A stretch of 64,000 bases of DNA, taken from Candidatus Latescibacterota bacterium (GTDB taxonomy: Bacteria; Latescibacterota; UBA2968; UBA8231). Location of the stretch: assembly GCA_965221775.1 (NCBI GenBank), contig CBDCSU010000004.1:224001-288000 (forward strand), in the 5' to 3' direction. Below the pieces are notes generated by a model. The model was not told the DNA's origin, searched no databases, and was given only the letters and a program-made list of their open reading frames with translations. A program made the position numbers and the translations under genes. Within the stretch, counting starts at the first letter, position 1; every line of letters begins with the position of its first letter. This document shows positions 1 through 11,878 of this stretch, in pieces.

Positions 1-2
1 CC

Positions 3-299
3 GTCCACGCCGGCTTTTCCGGCGGCGAGTTCACCACGCCTGCATTCGTGTTCTCCGGGGGTGAGCTGGTGCTCAACTACTCCACCTCCGCCGCCGGCTC
101 CCTGGGCGTGGAGCTTCAGCGGGCCGACGGCACCCCCGTCGAGGGGCGCACCCTCGCCGACTTCGGCGAGCGCTACGGCGACGAGATCGACGGCGCCGTG
201 AGCTGGAACGGCCGCGGGGTGGGGGACCTGGCGGGAGAGCCGGTGCGCCTGCGCTTCACCCTGCAGGACGCGGACCTCTACGCCTTCCGCTTCCGCTGA
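3..299 (+). CDS. Hypothetical protein, C-terminal part (5' truncated by window); resembles the C-terminal module of GH-like propeller proteins of PVC/FCB bacteria
   Basis: Frame open from base 3; GEFTT..F.G.EL.LN and VRLRF.L.DADLYAFRF pattern. Confidence 0.6.
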   Translation, partial: VHAGFSGGEFTTPAFVFSGGELVLNYSTSAAGSLGVELQRADGTPVEGRTLADFGERYGDEIDGAVSWNGRGVGDLAGEPVRLRFTLQDADLYAFRFR

Positions 300-309
300 G
301 CGGGGCGCC

Positions 310-2034
310 TCAGCGGAAGTGGGGCGTGTCGCGCAGGTGGTACTCCAGCAGGTGGCCGCGGGCGCCGATGTAGAACACGCCGTCCTCGAAGCCCTCCACG
401 ATCTGGTAGAGGTCCGGGATCGGCGCCTTGTCGAGGTAGACGAGGCGCTCGGCGGAGACGTCGATCTTGAAGACCCGGGTCCTCGAGACGCCGTAGATGT
501 CGCCGTCGCGGCCGGCGGTGAGGTGGACGACGCCGTGGGCCTCGGGGACCCCCATTAGCGGCGTGCCCTGCTCATCGAGGCTCCAGCGCACCATCACCCG
601 ACGCTGCTCCGGGCTGAAGGCGAAGAGGCCGCCCGTGTCGGTGGATCCGTAGACCAGGCCGGTGGCGGGGCTGCAGGCGAGGTTGCCCACGGCGATCGCC
701 CCCCACTCGGGGATGCACTCGAAGACGCGGCGCTCCTCCCGCGGGCAGAACATGAAGAGCCGCGCCTCGGTGGTCGTCTCCACGCAGCCGCGGCCGCCGC
801 GGATGCTGGTGCCGCCGTAGACCCAGGTGCCGTCGGAGGCGACCGACTGCACCGACTGGTCCTCGTCGCGGAAGACCTTCTTCTCCTCCGTCTCCGGATC
901 GAAGCGGGCCAGGCCGCCGCCGGGGACGTGGTAGTTGGCGCGGCAGGCGATGTAGATGCGGCCGTCGGGCCCGACGGTGTACTCGAAGGGGCGGTTCATC
1001 TCGGGGCCGAGGCGGCCGAAGTTGCGGGGGTTGGCCTCGGGGTGCTCGCCGCCGTCCCCGGGGCGGGGGTTCCACGGGAGGGCCGGGTCGTAGGCGGCGA
1101 AGTAGCCGCCGCCGTAGCTGCCCATGTAGACCTTGTCGCCGCAGGCGATGACGTCGTAGACCTCGCCGCCCGACCAGCCGACCTTGCCCAGGTCCTCCAG
1201 GTGCCGCGATTCCGGGTCGAAGCGGAAGATGTGCATGGAGATGATGGTGGCCCCGTAGATGCGGCCGTCGGGACCGCGGTGGAGGCCGCAGATGTCGGTG
1301 GCCACCGTGGGGCGGTAGCCGGCGCGGCGCTCCTCGCCGTCGACGGTGTAGGTGACTCCGTCCTGGCGGAAGCTGGAGGCGGCGATGGTGCGGCTCACGG
1401 CGGCGGGGGAGGGCGCCGGCTCGGGGTCCTCGCCGTCGGCCAGCGTGCGCGTGGAGTCTGTGGCCGGGTCGTAAGCGACGCGGCTGGCGGGGTCGCGCTG
1501 GATGCCGCAGACGACCTCCCCGGCGGCGGAGACGTGCTTCGGGCTGCACCAGACCTGCTGGCCCGGCACGTGGGGCGGCGGCGCCTGCACGCCGTGGTCG
1601 TGCCAGGCGTCGGCCTCCGGGTCGTAGCTGACCAGCCGGCCCTGGGGATGGGTGCCGAGCCAGACGCGGCCGTCGGGACCGACCACGGCGTTGTAGAACC
1701 GCTGCTCGCTCATGAGGGGAAAGCCGTGGGAGCGCAGCCCGCGCTCCGGGGTCCACGACTGCAGCACGTGGCCGAACTCGTAGATCCCGTGGAGGGTGTG
1801 GACCCACAGGGTGCCGTTGCGGGGATCGACGTTGCACTGGAACTCGCGGCCGCAGATCCAGTGGCGCTCGACGATCTCGCCCGTGTCGGCGTCGATGCCG
1901 AAGAGGACGGAGCCCTCCTGGCCGAACTCGCCTCCCCAGAGGATGTCGATGCCGCGCCTGTCGTCGCGCGACACCCAGCCTCCGCCCATCCAGCCCCCCA
2001 CCACCGCACGGCCCACGTCATAGAAAACACCCAT
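310..2034 (-). CDS. Hypothetical beta-propeller repeat protein (Vgb/NHL-like)
   Basis: Repeated GPDGRIY/GPDGRVW and FDP motifs; ATG at 2034 after GAGGAAG; no signal peptide. Confidence 0.7.
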   Translation of the reverse strand: MGVFYDVGRAVVGGWMGGGWVSRDDRRGIDILWGGEFGQEGSVLFGIDADTGEIVERHWICGREFQCNVDPRNGTLWVHTLHGIYEFGHVLQSWTPERGLRSHGFPLMSEQRFYNAVVGPDGRVWLGTHPQGRLVSYDPEADAWHDHGVQAPPPHVPGQQVWCSPKHVSAAGEVVCGIQRDPASRVAYDPATDSTRTLADGEDPEPAPSPAAVSRTIAASSFRQDGVTYTVDGEERRAGYRPTVATDICGLHRGPDGRIYGATIISMHIFRFDPESRHLEDLGKVGWSGGEVYDVIACGDKVYMGSYGGGYFAAYDPALPWNPRPGDGGEHPEANPRNFGRLGPEMNRPFEYTVGPDGRIYIACRANYHVPGGGLARFDPETEEKKVFRDEDQSVQSVASDGTWVYGGTSIRGGRGCVETTTEARLFMFCPREERRVFECIPEWGAIAVGNLACSPATGLVYGSTDTGGLFAFSPEQRRVMVRWSLDEQGTPLMGVPEAHGVVHLTAGRDGDIYGVSRTRVFKIDVSAERLVYLDKAPIPDLYQIVEGFEDGVFYIGARGHLLEYHLRDTPHFR

Positions 2035-2068
2035 CTTCGTCTTCCTCGGCTCTTGTGTGTTTCTCGCC

Positions 2069-3043
2069 CTAAGGAGCAAGCCAGCCGCCGCTGTCGCGGA
2101 AGGCCGGGAAGCGCAGGACCTGGGCCGCCGTTGCCCCCATCAGCTGCCGGCGCTCCTCCGGCGCCAGGTCGGGGAAGACCTCGCCGGGCAGCCGCACGAC
2201 CTCGCCGTACCCGGGATCGACGTCGATCCACGGGAAGTCGGTGGCCCACATCATGCGGCCGGCGCCGAAGACCATGCGCAGGCTGTCGCCCCAGCCGGCC
2301 AGGTCGGGGTAGGGGTAGCCCTGCCTGGTGAAGGCGTAGTGGCCGGAGAAGTGGACGTACACGTTGGGGTAGGGGTAGCGCCCCCGCGTGTTGCCGGGGA
2401 TGCGCCCCACCTTCAGGCCCAGGGTCGAGTAGCGGGTCTCCGGGGGCATGGGCACGTCGGCCTGGGGACGGCCCTTCTCGTCCCACCAGAACCTCGGCCC
2501 GGGGCAGACCATGAGGTGGTTGAAGACGACCCGCACCTGGGGGAAGGCCTCGAAGAGGTGGGGGACCACGTGGGCGTCCACCGCTCTCGGGTAGAGCCAG
2601 ATGACGTAGTCGCGTCTCGCCGCGTGCTCCCAGATGGGGTACACCGGCAGGCGGCGCACGTCCACGGGCTCAAAGGGGTCGGCGGGGCCCCCCAGCCGGC
2701 TGAGGCGGAAGCCGATGACGCGGCCGTCGCCGGCCTCGGCGAGCCGGTCCATGTGGGCGCCCGGGTCCTCGCAGTCGGGCGGGACGAGGCCGATCCCGAG
2801 AAAGCGGTCAGGGTGCTCGCGCAGGCAGTGGAGCAGGTAGGCGTGGACTTCGAGGCTGGTGCCCCCGATCTGCACGAGCACGGCGCCGTCGACGCCGTGG
2901 CTCTCCATGCGCTCCAGCAGCCGCTCCACCGGGGCCTCGCGCTCGGCCGGCAGGTGGTCGTTCACCTCCCGCGGGAACTCGGCGGACTGGCGCGCGAAGA
3001 CGTGCAGGTGGGCGTCGATGACGGGGGAGGGCCGGTCTTTCAC
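2069..3043 (-). CDS. Amidohydrolase family protein (Amidohydro_2, lactonase-like)
   Basis: VIDAHLHVF metal motif, MMWATDFPW C-terminal motif; GTG start overlaps upstream stop (GTGA). Confidence 0.85.
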   Translation of the reverse strand: MKDRPSPVIDAHLHVFARQSAEFPREVNDHLPAEREAPVERLLERMESHGVDGAVLVQIGGTSLEVHAYLLHCLREHPDRFLGIGLVPPDCEDPGAHMDRLAEAGDGRVIGFRLSRLGGPADPFEPVDVRRLPVYPIWEHAARRDYVIWLYPRAVDAHVVPHLFEAFPQVRVVFNHLMVCPGPRFWWDEKGRPQADVPMPPETRYSTLGLKVGRIPGNTRGRYPYPNVYVHFSGHYAFTRQGYPYPDLAGWGDSLRMVFGAGRMMWATDFPWIDVDPGYGEVVRLPGEVFPDLAPEERRQLMGATAAQVLRFPAFRDSGGWLAP

Positions 3044-3780
3044 GGGGCGGTCTCCGCTTGTGGCCGCGGCTCCCGGCGGAAGAGCTGGCGGCGGTCGGCG
3101 GTGGTGAGGCGGTCGGCGAAGCGGGCGAAGGCGTCGGGGTTGAAGGTCGCCTCGCTGTAGACCTCGTAGATGAGGATGATGGAGCGCCGTCCGCGCCCCG
3201 AGCGGTTGGCCAGGGAGGTGTGCAGGCCGTGGCTGTTGAAGACGACCGCCGTCCCGGCCTCGCCCTCGAAGACGCGGTGGCCCGGCATCTCCACCGGATC
3301 GGCCACCAGGGGCCAGGGGCCGGCCTCCGGATGGTGGCTGCCGGGCACGTAGGCGAAGGCGCCGTCGCGGCGCGAGACCGGGTCGAGGTAGAGCTGCACC
3401 TTCAGATGGAGGGGAGTGGAGCGCGGGACGTCGTAGTGCCAGCCCACGTAGCTGAGGGGTGCCGGCGGCAGGGTGCGGAACTGGGCCCCCAGGAAGGTCG
3501 CCTGGCCGCCGGTGTAAGCCATGAGGTGGCCGTACCAGGAGGGGTGATCGACCAGGTCGAGGAAGAGGGGGTCCCGCGGCAGGGCGTCGGGGATGTCGAA
3601 GAACGCCGCCGGCCGGGTGCCCTGCTCGACGCCCTGGAGCCAGCCCGGTCTGGCCTCGGCCGCCTCCCGGGAGAACGCCTCCTGAAGGCGGGACAGCTCT
3701 TCGCCGGAGAGAGCCCCGGGCAGGGGAACGACGCCGTCGGCGCGCCATCGGGAGGTCTGCTCGGGGGTCGGTCGGTTCAC
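3040..3780 (-). CDS. Phytanoyl-CoA dioxygenase (PhyH) family Fe/2OG dioxygenase
   Basis: WHYD (HxD) motif, YVPGSH, distal His in GLHTS, basic residues in last strand. Confidence 0.85.
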   Translation of the reverse strand: MNRPTPEQTSRWRADGVVPLPGALSGEELSRLQEAFSREAAEARPGWLQGVEQGTRPAAFFDIPDALPRDPLFLDLVDHPSWYGHLMAYTGGQATFLGAQFRTLPPAPLSYVGWHYDVPRSTPLHLKVQLYLDPVSRRDGAFAYVPGSHHPEAGPWPLVADPVEMPGHRVFEGEAGTAVVFNSHGLHTSLANRSGRGRRSIILIYEVYSEATFNPDAFARFADRLTTADRRQLFRREPRPQAETAP

Positions 3781-3854
3781 GGCTCGGCTCCTTCGAGGCG
3801 CCGCAAGTTAGTGATGGTCGCCGCGCCTGCGCCACCGGGGCGCCGACGTTCACC

Positions 3855-3882
3855 TTGACCCTGCCGGGGGGCCGGCTATCTT
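3855..3882 (+). promoter_or_regulatory. Putative sigma70 promoter for cupin-mmsA
   Basis: TTGACC-16 bp-TATCTT in the divergent intergenic region. Confidence 0.45.
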
Positions 3883-3917
3883 GCCCGCGCCGCTCACCCT
3901 CAAACAGGAGGACTCCC

Positions 3918-4283
3918 TTGGTCATCCGCAGCTGGCGCGACGCCAAGCCCCACGTGGGCCACGAGAACAAGATCATCTGGTCCATCTTCCGCTCGAAGGG
4001 CATCGAGGACCTGGAGGAGAACGAGGCCTGCCTCCTCGGGTTCTCCGGGCTCACCGTGCACCGGCTGCAGCCCGGCTGCGACGGGGACTACCACGACCAC
4101 GAGAACAAGGAGCAGGTCTACTACTTCACCGAGGGCCGGGCGAAGATGAAGATCGACGGCGAGATCTTCGAGGTGGGCGCCGGCGACGCCGTGCACCTGC
4201 CGCCGAAGTGCATGCACCAGATCGTCAACGACACCGACGACTGGGTGGAGCACCTGATCATCAGCGCCACGGTGGGCGGGTAG
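3918..4283 (+). CDS. Cupin domain protein
   Basis: HDHENKEQVYY and GDAVHLPPKCMHQI cupin motifs; TTG start after AGGAGG. Confidence 0.85.
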   Translation: MVIRSWRDAKPHVGHENKIIWSIFRSKGIEDLEENEACLLGFSGLTVHRLQPGCDGDYHDHENKEQVYYFTEGRAKMKIDGEIFEVGAGDAVHLPPKCMHQIVNDTDDWVEHLIISATVGG

Positions 4284-4335
4284 CCGATGGTAGTACTCGC
4301 CGCCACGGCTCCCGCGAGTACCGGGAGGAGGAGTG

Positions 4336-5814
<1,479 letters not shown>

Positions 5815-5839
5815 CGGGACCTGGGCCCGCCCCGGGCCG

Positions 5840-6670
5840 TCAGGCCCCTCCCGCCGCCGCCATGCGCGGCTCCGCCAGGGAGCGCCAGTTGTCGTAGTAG
5901 CGGCGGGTGCGCTCAGGCAGGCCCGGACGCACGTTGTCGGCCAGCAGCCACCGCTGGTCGCCCTTCTCGCTCTCTTCGTACGCCGACCGGTGGTCGACGA
6001 GGGCGCCCATCAGGGTCGAGCGCTCCTTCATGCCCTCGGGCTTGCGTCCCCGGTGGATGGTGTTGCCGTTCCAGAAGATCGTCTGGCCCTTCTTCAGGTC
6101 GATCCGCAGGCCGCCGGGCAGCTCGCCCTGGCCGCCCTCCATCAGGCACTCCTTCTCCTCGTCCGTGCGGAAGCGCCGGTGGCTGCCCGGCACGATCCAC
6201 AGGCAGGGATCGTCGAGGAGGGCCATGTGCCACTTCACGAGGTGCTTCCGATGCCGGGCGAGGAGCGCCATCTCCTCCTCGTAGCCGGCGTTCCGGTCCT
6301 GGCCGCCCACGTCCCGGTGCCAGTGGCCCTTGTAGTCCCCGGCAATGGCGCACAGGTGCACCCATCCCAGGCGCAACTCGTGGCCCAGAAAGGGTCGGAC
6401 GCAGGCGGCCACCTCTTCCGAGCCCAGGTACGCGGCGAAGACCGGCTCGCCGAACTCCGGGGCCATGAGGCCGGTCACGAAGGCCGGCTCCGCGCCGGGC
6501 CCGCCGGTACCGAGCCCGTCCTCGTCGTCCACCACCTCTCCCGAGCGGATGCGGTCCACCACCCGGCGCGCCGCCGCCGCCAGTTCCTCCAGCATCGGCG
6601 GCTCCACCGCGTCGTCGGCGATGAAGTACCCCTCTTCGTGGTATTGCTCTATCTGTCTCTGGCCGGGCAT
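5840..6670 (-). CDS. PhyH family dioxygenase
   Basis: YHEEGYF start, WHRD, IVPGSHRR, TIHRG. Confidence 0.85.
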   Translation of the reverse strand: MPGQRQIEQYHEEGYFIADDAVEPPMLEELAAAARRVVDRIRSGEVVDDEDGLGTGGPGAEPAFVTGLMAPEFGEPVFAAYLGSEEVAACVRPFLGHELRLGWVHLCAIAGDYKGHWHRDVGGQDRNAGYEEEMALLARHRKHLVKWHMALLDDPCLWIVPGSHRRFRTDEEKECLMEGGQGELPGGLRIDLKKGQTIFWNGNTIHRGRKPEGMKERSTLMGALVDHRSAYEESEKGDQRWLLADNVRPGLPERTRRYYDNWRSLAEPRMAAAGGA

Positions 6671-6685
6671 TCCCTGCTTTCCTGG

Positions 6686-7798
6686 TCAGTCCCGTTTGTA
6701 GGCCGCCATCTGCTCCATGTACTCCTCCCGTCCCTGGGCCGCTTTCTTGCTGTACATGCGGCCGGCGTGAGGAAGGATCTTCATGCTTCGGTCCTCGAGG
6801 GGCAGAGCGACCGGCGCGTGCCCCTGCCGGTGGGACTCGCGCAGGGCGATGCCGATCTCCAGGCCCTTGCGCATGTTGTCGCCGCTGGTCCTCGGCTCGC
6901 GGCCGGTCTCCAGGGCCTCGACGATGGCCGCCACGCTCGACGCCAGGCGGTAGCTGACCTCGCGCCAGCCGTGCTCGTCGTACCCGAGGTCCCAGGTGCC
7001 GGCTCTCTCGAAGAGCCCCTCCCGCTCGCGCAGCACTCTGTCGTCTCCGTCGTCCTCGGCATCCTGGAACGAGAACTTCAGCCAGTCGCTGAGGAACACG
7101 CCCCTCTCGGTGAGCACCTCGATCCCCCGCCGGCCCACGGGGTCCATGTGGACGTGGGCGAGGATGCCGTTGGCGAAGCGGATGACGCCGCCCATGCCCT
7201 GGTCCTCCTCGTCCCAGGGGTCGCCGCGGACCCAGCCCGTGACCCACTCCACGTCGGCGTCGCCGGCCATGAGGCGGGTCACGCCCAGGCTCTGGCAGCC
7301 GCCGCCCAGGATCTCGTTGTGGGGGTGGTAGACATTGACGGCGCGCACCTCGCCGACCTCCCCCGAGTCGACCATCTCGCGGAACTGCGAGAACTGGGGA
7401 AGGTTGCGCCAGGCGTCGCCGCAGGCGAAAGGGATCCCCTTCGCGCGGCAGGTCTCGACCATGCGGTCGGCGTCGGCCAGGCTGGAGGCGATCGGCTTCT
7501 CCGAGAAGATCGCGCCCACGCCGGCCTCGGCGCAGTCGATCACGGCCCGGGGGTTGACGCTGACGGGCAGCACCGGCCCGGCGATGTCGAGACGCTCCTT
7601 CGCCAGCATCTCGCGGTAGTCGCTGTAGACCGCGACGCCGAAGCGACTCCGGAAGAGCTCCAGGTTCTCCGGGTCCGTGTCGGCGGCGGCCACCAGCTCG
7701 GTCTTCGGGTTGACCACGTAGGCCCGGGCGTGGTTGCTGCCCATGCGGCCGACGCCGATCAGGCCGACCCGGTACGGCGGTGTCCTCGATGCGCTCAT
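6686..7798 (-). CDS. Gfo/Idh/MocA family oxidoreductase
   Basis: GLIGVGRMG Rossmann motif, EKP motif. Confidence 0.9.
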   Translation of the reverse strand: MSASRTPPYRVGLIGVGRMGSNHARAYVVNPKTELVAAADTDPENLELFRSRFGVAVYSDYREMLAKERLDIAGPVLPVSVNPRAVIDCAEAGVGAIFSEKPIASSLADADRMVETCRAKGIPFACGDAWRNLPQFSQFREMVDSGEVGEVRAVNVYHPHNEILGGGCQSLGVTRLMAGDADVEWVTGWVRGDPWDEEDQGMGGVIRFANGILAHVHMDPVGRRGIEVLTERGVFLSDWLKFSFQDAEDDGDDRVLREREGLFERAGTWDLGYDEHGWREVSYRLASSVAAIVEALETGREPRTSGDNMRKGLEIGIALRESHRQGHAPVALPLEDRSMKILPHAGRMYSKKAAQGREEYMEQMAAYKRD

Positions 7799-7957
7799 GT
7801 CGGCTCCTCTGCGGGTTTGGGGCGGGCCCTATGTTATGGCCCCGGCAGCGGAAGCGTCCATCCAGGAGCAGCCGGCAGCGGCCCGGGAGGCAGCGTGGGG
7901 CATCGACCGCCGCCGTGCGTTTGCCGCCCGGAGGACGAGCGGTTTTTCTATCGCCCC

Positions 7958-9361
7958 ATGAGCGATAGCATGCAGAGCATCGAAGAAGCCGTCGCCGCCG
8001 AGATCGAGGCGCGCTCCGAGGCCTGGGAGAACCTGCTCGTCCTGGCCGACGACATCGGCGTGCGCGTCGCCGGCAGCGAGGGCGAGGTCAGGGCCCGCGA
8101 CTTCCTGCTGGAGACCCTGGAGGGGTACGGGCTCGACGATGTCCACCTGGAGCCCTTCGAGCACCGGGCCTGGCGGCCGGAGCGCGAGGAGCTGGCCGTC
8201 GTCGCACCGGAGGCAGGCCGCCCGATCCCGTGCCGGTGCGGGGGCCTCTCGCCGTCGACGCCGGAGGCCGGGGTGGAGGGGGAGGTCGTCTTCCTCGAGC
8301 GCTGCGACGCCGAGGAGCTGGAGCAGCGCGCTGGCGAGGTACGGGGGCGCATCGTCGTGGCCCCGTACTACCCCTTCGCCCGCCAGCTCAAGACCCCCCT
8401 GGCGGCGCGCTTCGGGGCCGCGGCCCTCCTGGAGCACCGCAACTACGCGGGCGCCCTGCAGCCGGCGCGCACCTGCTGCTTCCAGCGGGTCGGCGACCTG
8501 CCGGTCGCCTCCATCAGCCTCGAGGACGCGGAGTATCTCAAGCGGCTGCAGCAGCGCCGGGGGCCGGTGCGACTGCGCCTCACCCTGGACAGCCGCATCG
8601 AGACCCGGGAGTCGTGGAACGTCGTCGGCCAGCTCACGGGGACCGCCGACCCGCACCAGGTTCTGGTCGCCGGCGGCCACTACGACACCTGGCACGTCGG
8701 CCCCGGCGCCATCGACAACGCCGCGGGGGTGGTCGCCGTGGTCGAGGCGGCACGAGCCCTCGCCCGGCACCGGGAACACCTGCGGCGGACGGTCCGGTTC
8801 ATCGCCTTCGGCGTCGAGGAGTCGGGGCTGGTCGGAGCCTGGGCCTACACGCGCCGACACGCCGCCGAGTTGGACGACACCTGGCTGATGGTCAACAACG
8901 ACGTCGGCGGCCGGCCCTCGGGCCTGGGCATCTCGGGCGCCGAGGAGCTGGTGCCGGTCCTGGAGGAGGTGGCCTCCCGCGTTCGCGTGGAAGGGCTGGA
9001 GCGACCCTTCGGCGTCTCCTGCGGCGTCCCGAGCTGGGGCTCCGACCACTTCCCCTTCTTCGCCCACGGCGTCCCCACCGTCGGCTTGGGGACCGAGTCG
9101 GTCACCCCCGAGGACCGCTTCTACGGCCACAGCCGGGCGGACACGCCGGACAAGGTCTACCCCCGGGGGCTGAGCGAGAGCGCCGCCGTCAACGCGCGCG
9201 TCCTCCTCCACGTGGCCAACCTGGACCGGCGCCCGGCGCGGCGGCGCACGCGCGAGGAGCTGGAAGCCTCCTTCGCCGGCCACGCCCTGGAGGAGGCGAT
9301 GGCGCTCCTCGACGTGTGGCCGCCGGAGCGCGCCCTCGAGAGGTACTTCGACCAGCCATGA
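7958..9361 (+). CDS. M28 family metallopeptidase with PA domain (carboxypeptidase Q-like)
   Basis: GGHYDTW, GAIDNAAG, EESGLVG, SDHFPF, HSRADT Zn-ligand motifs. Confidence 0.88.
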   Translation: MSDSMQSIEEAVAAEIEARSEAWENLLVLADDIGVRVAGSEGEVRARDFLLETLEGYGLDDVHLEPFEHRAWRPEREELAVVAPEAGRPIPCRCGGLSPSTPEAGVEGEVVFLERCDAEELEQRAGEVRGRIVVAPYYPFARQLKTPLAARFGAAALLEHRNYAGALQPARTCCFQRVGDLPVASISLEDAEYLKRLQQRRGPVRLRLTLDSRIETRESWNVVGQLTGTADPHQVLVAGGHYDTWHVGPGAIDNAAGVVAVVEAARALARHREHLRRTVRFIAFGVEESGLVGAWAYTRRHAAELDDTWLMVNNDVGGRPSGLGISGAEELVPVLEEVASRVRVEGLERPFGVSCGVPSWGSDHFPFFAHGVPTVGLGTESVTPEDRFYGHSRADTPDKVYPRGLSESAAVNARVLLHVANLDRRPARRRTREELEASFAGHALEEAMALLDVWPPERALERYFDQP

Positions 9362-11208
9362 AGCCGGCTCTCGACCGTCCAAGGGGGACCCGCTACGACC
9401 TGCAGGGCGCCGCCGGCCGCTACCTGCGGGCGGTCACCGATCAGTGGCTGCTGCCGGCGCCGGCGGCCAACCCCGCCATGCTAGAGATCTTCCGCGACCG
9501 GGACCGCACGCCGTTGCGGGACCTCGTGCCCTGGGCCGGGGAGTTCGCCGGCAAGTACCTGACCCACGCGGTGCAGATCCTGCGCCTCACCGGCGACCGG
9601 GGGCTGCGCCGCCACCTGCGCTCCTTCGTCTCCGAGCTGGTGGCCCTGCAGGCGGAGGACGGCTACCTGGGCCCCTGGCCCCGGGACCACCGGCTCACGG
9701 GCACGGCGCCCAACGCCATGGGCGGGCGCGGGACCTGGGACGCCTGGGGCCACTACCACGTGATGCTCGGCCTGCTGCTGTGGCACGAGGAGACGGGGGA
9801 CCGGGCGGCCCTGGGCTGCGCCGCGCGCATGGGGGACCTGCTGTGCGAGCGCTTCCTCGGGGTGAAGAGGCGGGGCCGCCGTCTCGTCGACACGGGCAGC
9901 ACCGAGATGAACCTGGCGCCAGTGCACTCCCTGGCCCTGCTCCACCGGCGCACCCGCGAGCCCCGCTACCTCGACCTGGCGCGGCAGATCGTCGCCGAGT
10001 TCGCCGCCGCCGGCCGCGGCGGCGCCCCCCTGGCCGGGGACTACGTCAACACCGCCCTGGCGGGCCAGCCCTTTTTCGAGACCCCCAAGCCTCGCTGGGA
10101 GTCCCTGCACCCGGTCATGGGCATGCTCGAGGTCGGCCTCCTCACCGGCGACGAGGATCTGCGCCGGGCCTTCGAGCACATCTGGTGGAGCATCGCCGAG
10201 CTCGACCGCCACAACAACGGCGGCTTCAGCTCCGGCGAGAAGGCCCAAGGCAACCCCTACCACCCGGGGGCGATCGAGACCTGCTGCACCATCGCCTGGA
10301 TGGCTGCCAGCGTCGAGATGCTGCGGCTCACGGGAGACCCGCTGGCGGCCGACGAGCTGGAGCTGTCCACCCTCAACTCCGGCCTCGGCCTGCACTCCCA
10401 CTCCGGCCGCTGGGTGACCTACGACACCCCCATGGACGGCGTCCGCAAGGCGAGCGCCCACGACATCGTCTTCCAGGCGCGCGAGGGCAGCCCCGAGCTC
10501 AACTGCTGCTCGGTGAACGGCCCCCGGGCCCTGGGCATGATCTCCGACTGGGCGGTCATGACGGACGGGGACGAGGCCCTCACCCTCAACTGGTACGGCC
10601 CGGGGCGGATCCAGGCCGAGGCCGCCGGCACTCCGGTGACTCTGACGAGCGCCACCGACTACCCTGTGGAGCCTGCCGTCCAGCTGTCGGTCACGCCCCG
10701 GCGGGCCTCCGAGTTCACCCTGCGCCTGCGCATCCCGCGCTGGTCGGAGCGCACCCGGGTCCGCGTCAACGGCGAGACCGTGAGGGGGGTGCGCGCCGGG
10801 AGCTGGCTGGATCTGCACCGCCGGTGGAAGCGCGGGGACCGCGTCGACCTGCGTTTCGACTTCCGGCCCCACCGCTGGGTGGGCGAGAGGGAGTGCGGCG
10901 GCCTGACGTCCCTCTACCGAGGCCCCCTGCTGCTGACTTGGGACCGCCGCTTCAACGACGGCGATCCGGGAGAGCTGCCGGCCCTCGACGCCGGGGAGCT
11001 GCGCCTGCACCGGGTGGAATGGACAGGACCCGCTCCCGCTCCGGAGTTGCTGGTGCGCGCTCGCGGCACCGGAGGGCGCGAGCTGAACCTGTGCGACTTC
11101 GCCAGCGCCGGGGAGGGCGGATCGCCGTACCGCAGCTGGCTCGATGTGCGCAACGCCGGCCGGCCCCGGAAGTTCACCCGCCACAACCCGTTGCGCTCCT
11201 GCCGCTGA
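9358..11208 (+). CDS. Glycoside hydrolase family 127 (beta-L-arabinofuranosidase-like, DUF1680)
   Basis: ETCC and NCC Zn/Cys motifs, TDYP, LRLRIPRW, YRGPLL; ATG overlaps upstream stop. Confidence 0.85.
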   Translation: MKPALDRPRGTRYDLQGAAGRYLRAVTDQWLLPAPAANPAMLEIFRDRDRTPLRDLVPWAGEFAGKYLTHAVQILRLTGDRGLRRHLRSFVSELVALQAEDGYLGPWPRDHRLTGTAPNAMGGRGTWDAWGHYHVMLGLLLWHEETGDRAALGCAARMGDLLCERFLGVKRRGRRLVDTGSTEMNLAPVHSLALLHRRTREPRYLDLARQIVAEFAAAGRGGAPLAGDYVNTALAGQPFFETPKPRWESLHPVMGMLEVGLLTGDEDLRRAFEHIWWSIAELDRHNNGGFSSGEKAQGNPYHPGAIETCCTIAWMAASVEMLRLTGDPLAADELELSTLNSGLGLHSHSGRWVTYDTPMDGVRKASAHDIVFQAREGSPELNCCSVNGPRALGMISDWAVMTDGDEALTLNWYGPGRIQAEAAGTPVTLTSATDYPVEPAVQLSVTPRRASEFTLRLRIPRWSERTRVRVNGETVRGVRAGSWLDLHRRWKRGDRVDLRFDFRPHRWVGERECGGLTSLYRGPLLLTWDRRFNDGDPGELPALDAGELRLHRVEWTGPAPAPELLVRARGTGGRELNLCDFASAGEGGSPYRSWLDVRNAGRPRKFTRHNPLRSCR

Positions 11209-11365
11209 AGGCCGGCCGCTTCCGGCCGCCGGCGCCGCGCCGATAGGGGCTCTCGCTTCGCCGAACTGGCCGCGACCGGCACGGCCGCCTTCCGGCGGCT
11301 GAGCCGGCGGGGCTGCGGCATCGAGTGGTCCGAGCCGAGGGGCGAATCCCCGGTGCCCGGCAGGC

Positions 11366-11797
11366 TCAGGTGGCGCGGGCCCCGGCGAGGTGGTAGAGCA
11401 TCCAGTAGATGGCGACGCCCGAGAGACCGACGAACATCCAGATCGGCCACAGCCACCGGGTGACGCGGCGGTGACGGCGGAAGCGGCCCCGCCAGGCGTG
11501 GTACAGGGCGGCGAAGACGAGGGGAACCATGCCCGCGGCGAGGATGACGTGAGGGACGAGGATGGCGAAGTAGAGGGGCCGCGTCCAGTCGTGGAGGGGG
11601 TAGGGGACGGAGCCGACGCGGATGTGGTAGAGGCAGTAGGAGGCCAGGAAGAGGGCCGACGCGGCCACGGCGCCGAGCATGCAGAGACGGTGCGCATCCC
11701 GGCGGCCGGCGCGGATGAAGATCCAGCCCACCGCCAGCAGGAGGGTGGCGGCTCCGTTCAGGGCGGCGTTGATCGGAGGTAGATCGACGTAGGACAC
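11366..11797 (-). CDS. DUF420 family membrane protein
   Basis: LPPINAALN, HRLCM, FLASY..YH, LYFAIL.PHVILA, HRRVTRW..PIW. Confidence 0.9.
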   Translation of the reverse strand: MSYVDLPPINAALNGAATLLLAVGWIFIRAGRRDAHRLCMLGAVAASALFLASYCLYHIRVGSVPYPLHDWTRPLYFAILVPHVILAAGMVPLVFAALYHAWRGRFRRHRRVTRWLWPIWMFVGLSGVAIYWMLYHLAGARAT

Positions 11798-11834
11798 TGT
11801 CTACCGCGGAGGATTGCGGCGGCACCGCAGCTTC

Positions 11835-11862
11835 CCCCCGGGGTCCGGTCCGGCCCCGGGGG
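11835..11862. terminator. GC-rich hairpin downstream of tRNA-Thr
   Basis: CCCCCGGGG...CCCCGGGGG inverted repeat; no clear U-tract. Confidence 0.45.
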
Positions 11863-11878
11863 AGAGGCATCCTGGTTC

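Noticed and set aside
5990-9361. Apparent 1123-aa protein, and similar long N-terminal extensions (2069-4054, 8230-11208, 31073-33331, 42807-44747)
   Set aside because: The extensions overlap real genes; true starts were placed at internal ATG/GTG codons with RBS or stop-start overlaps
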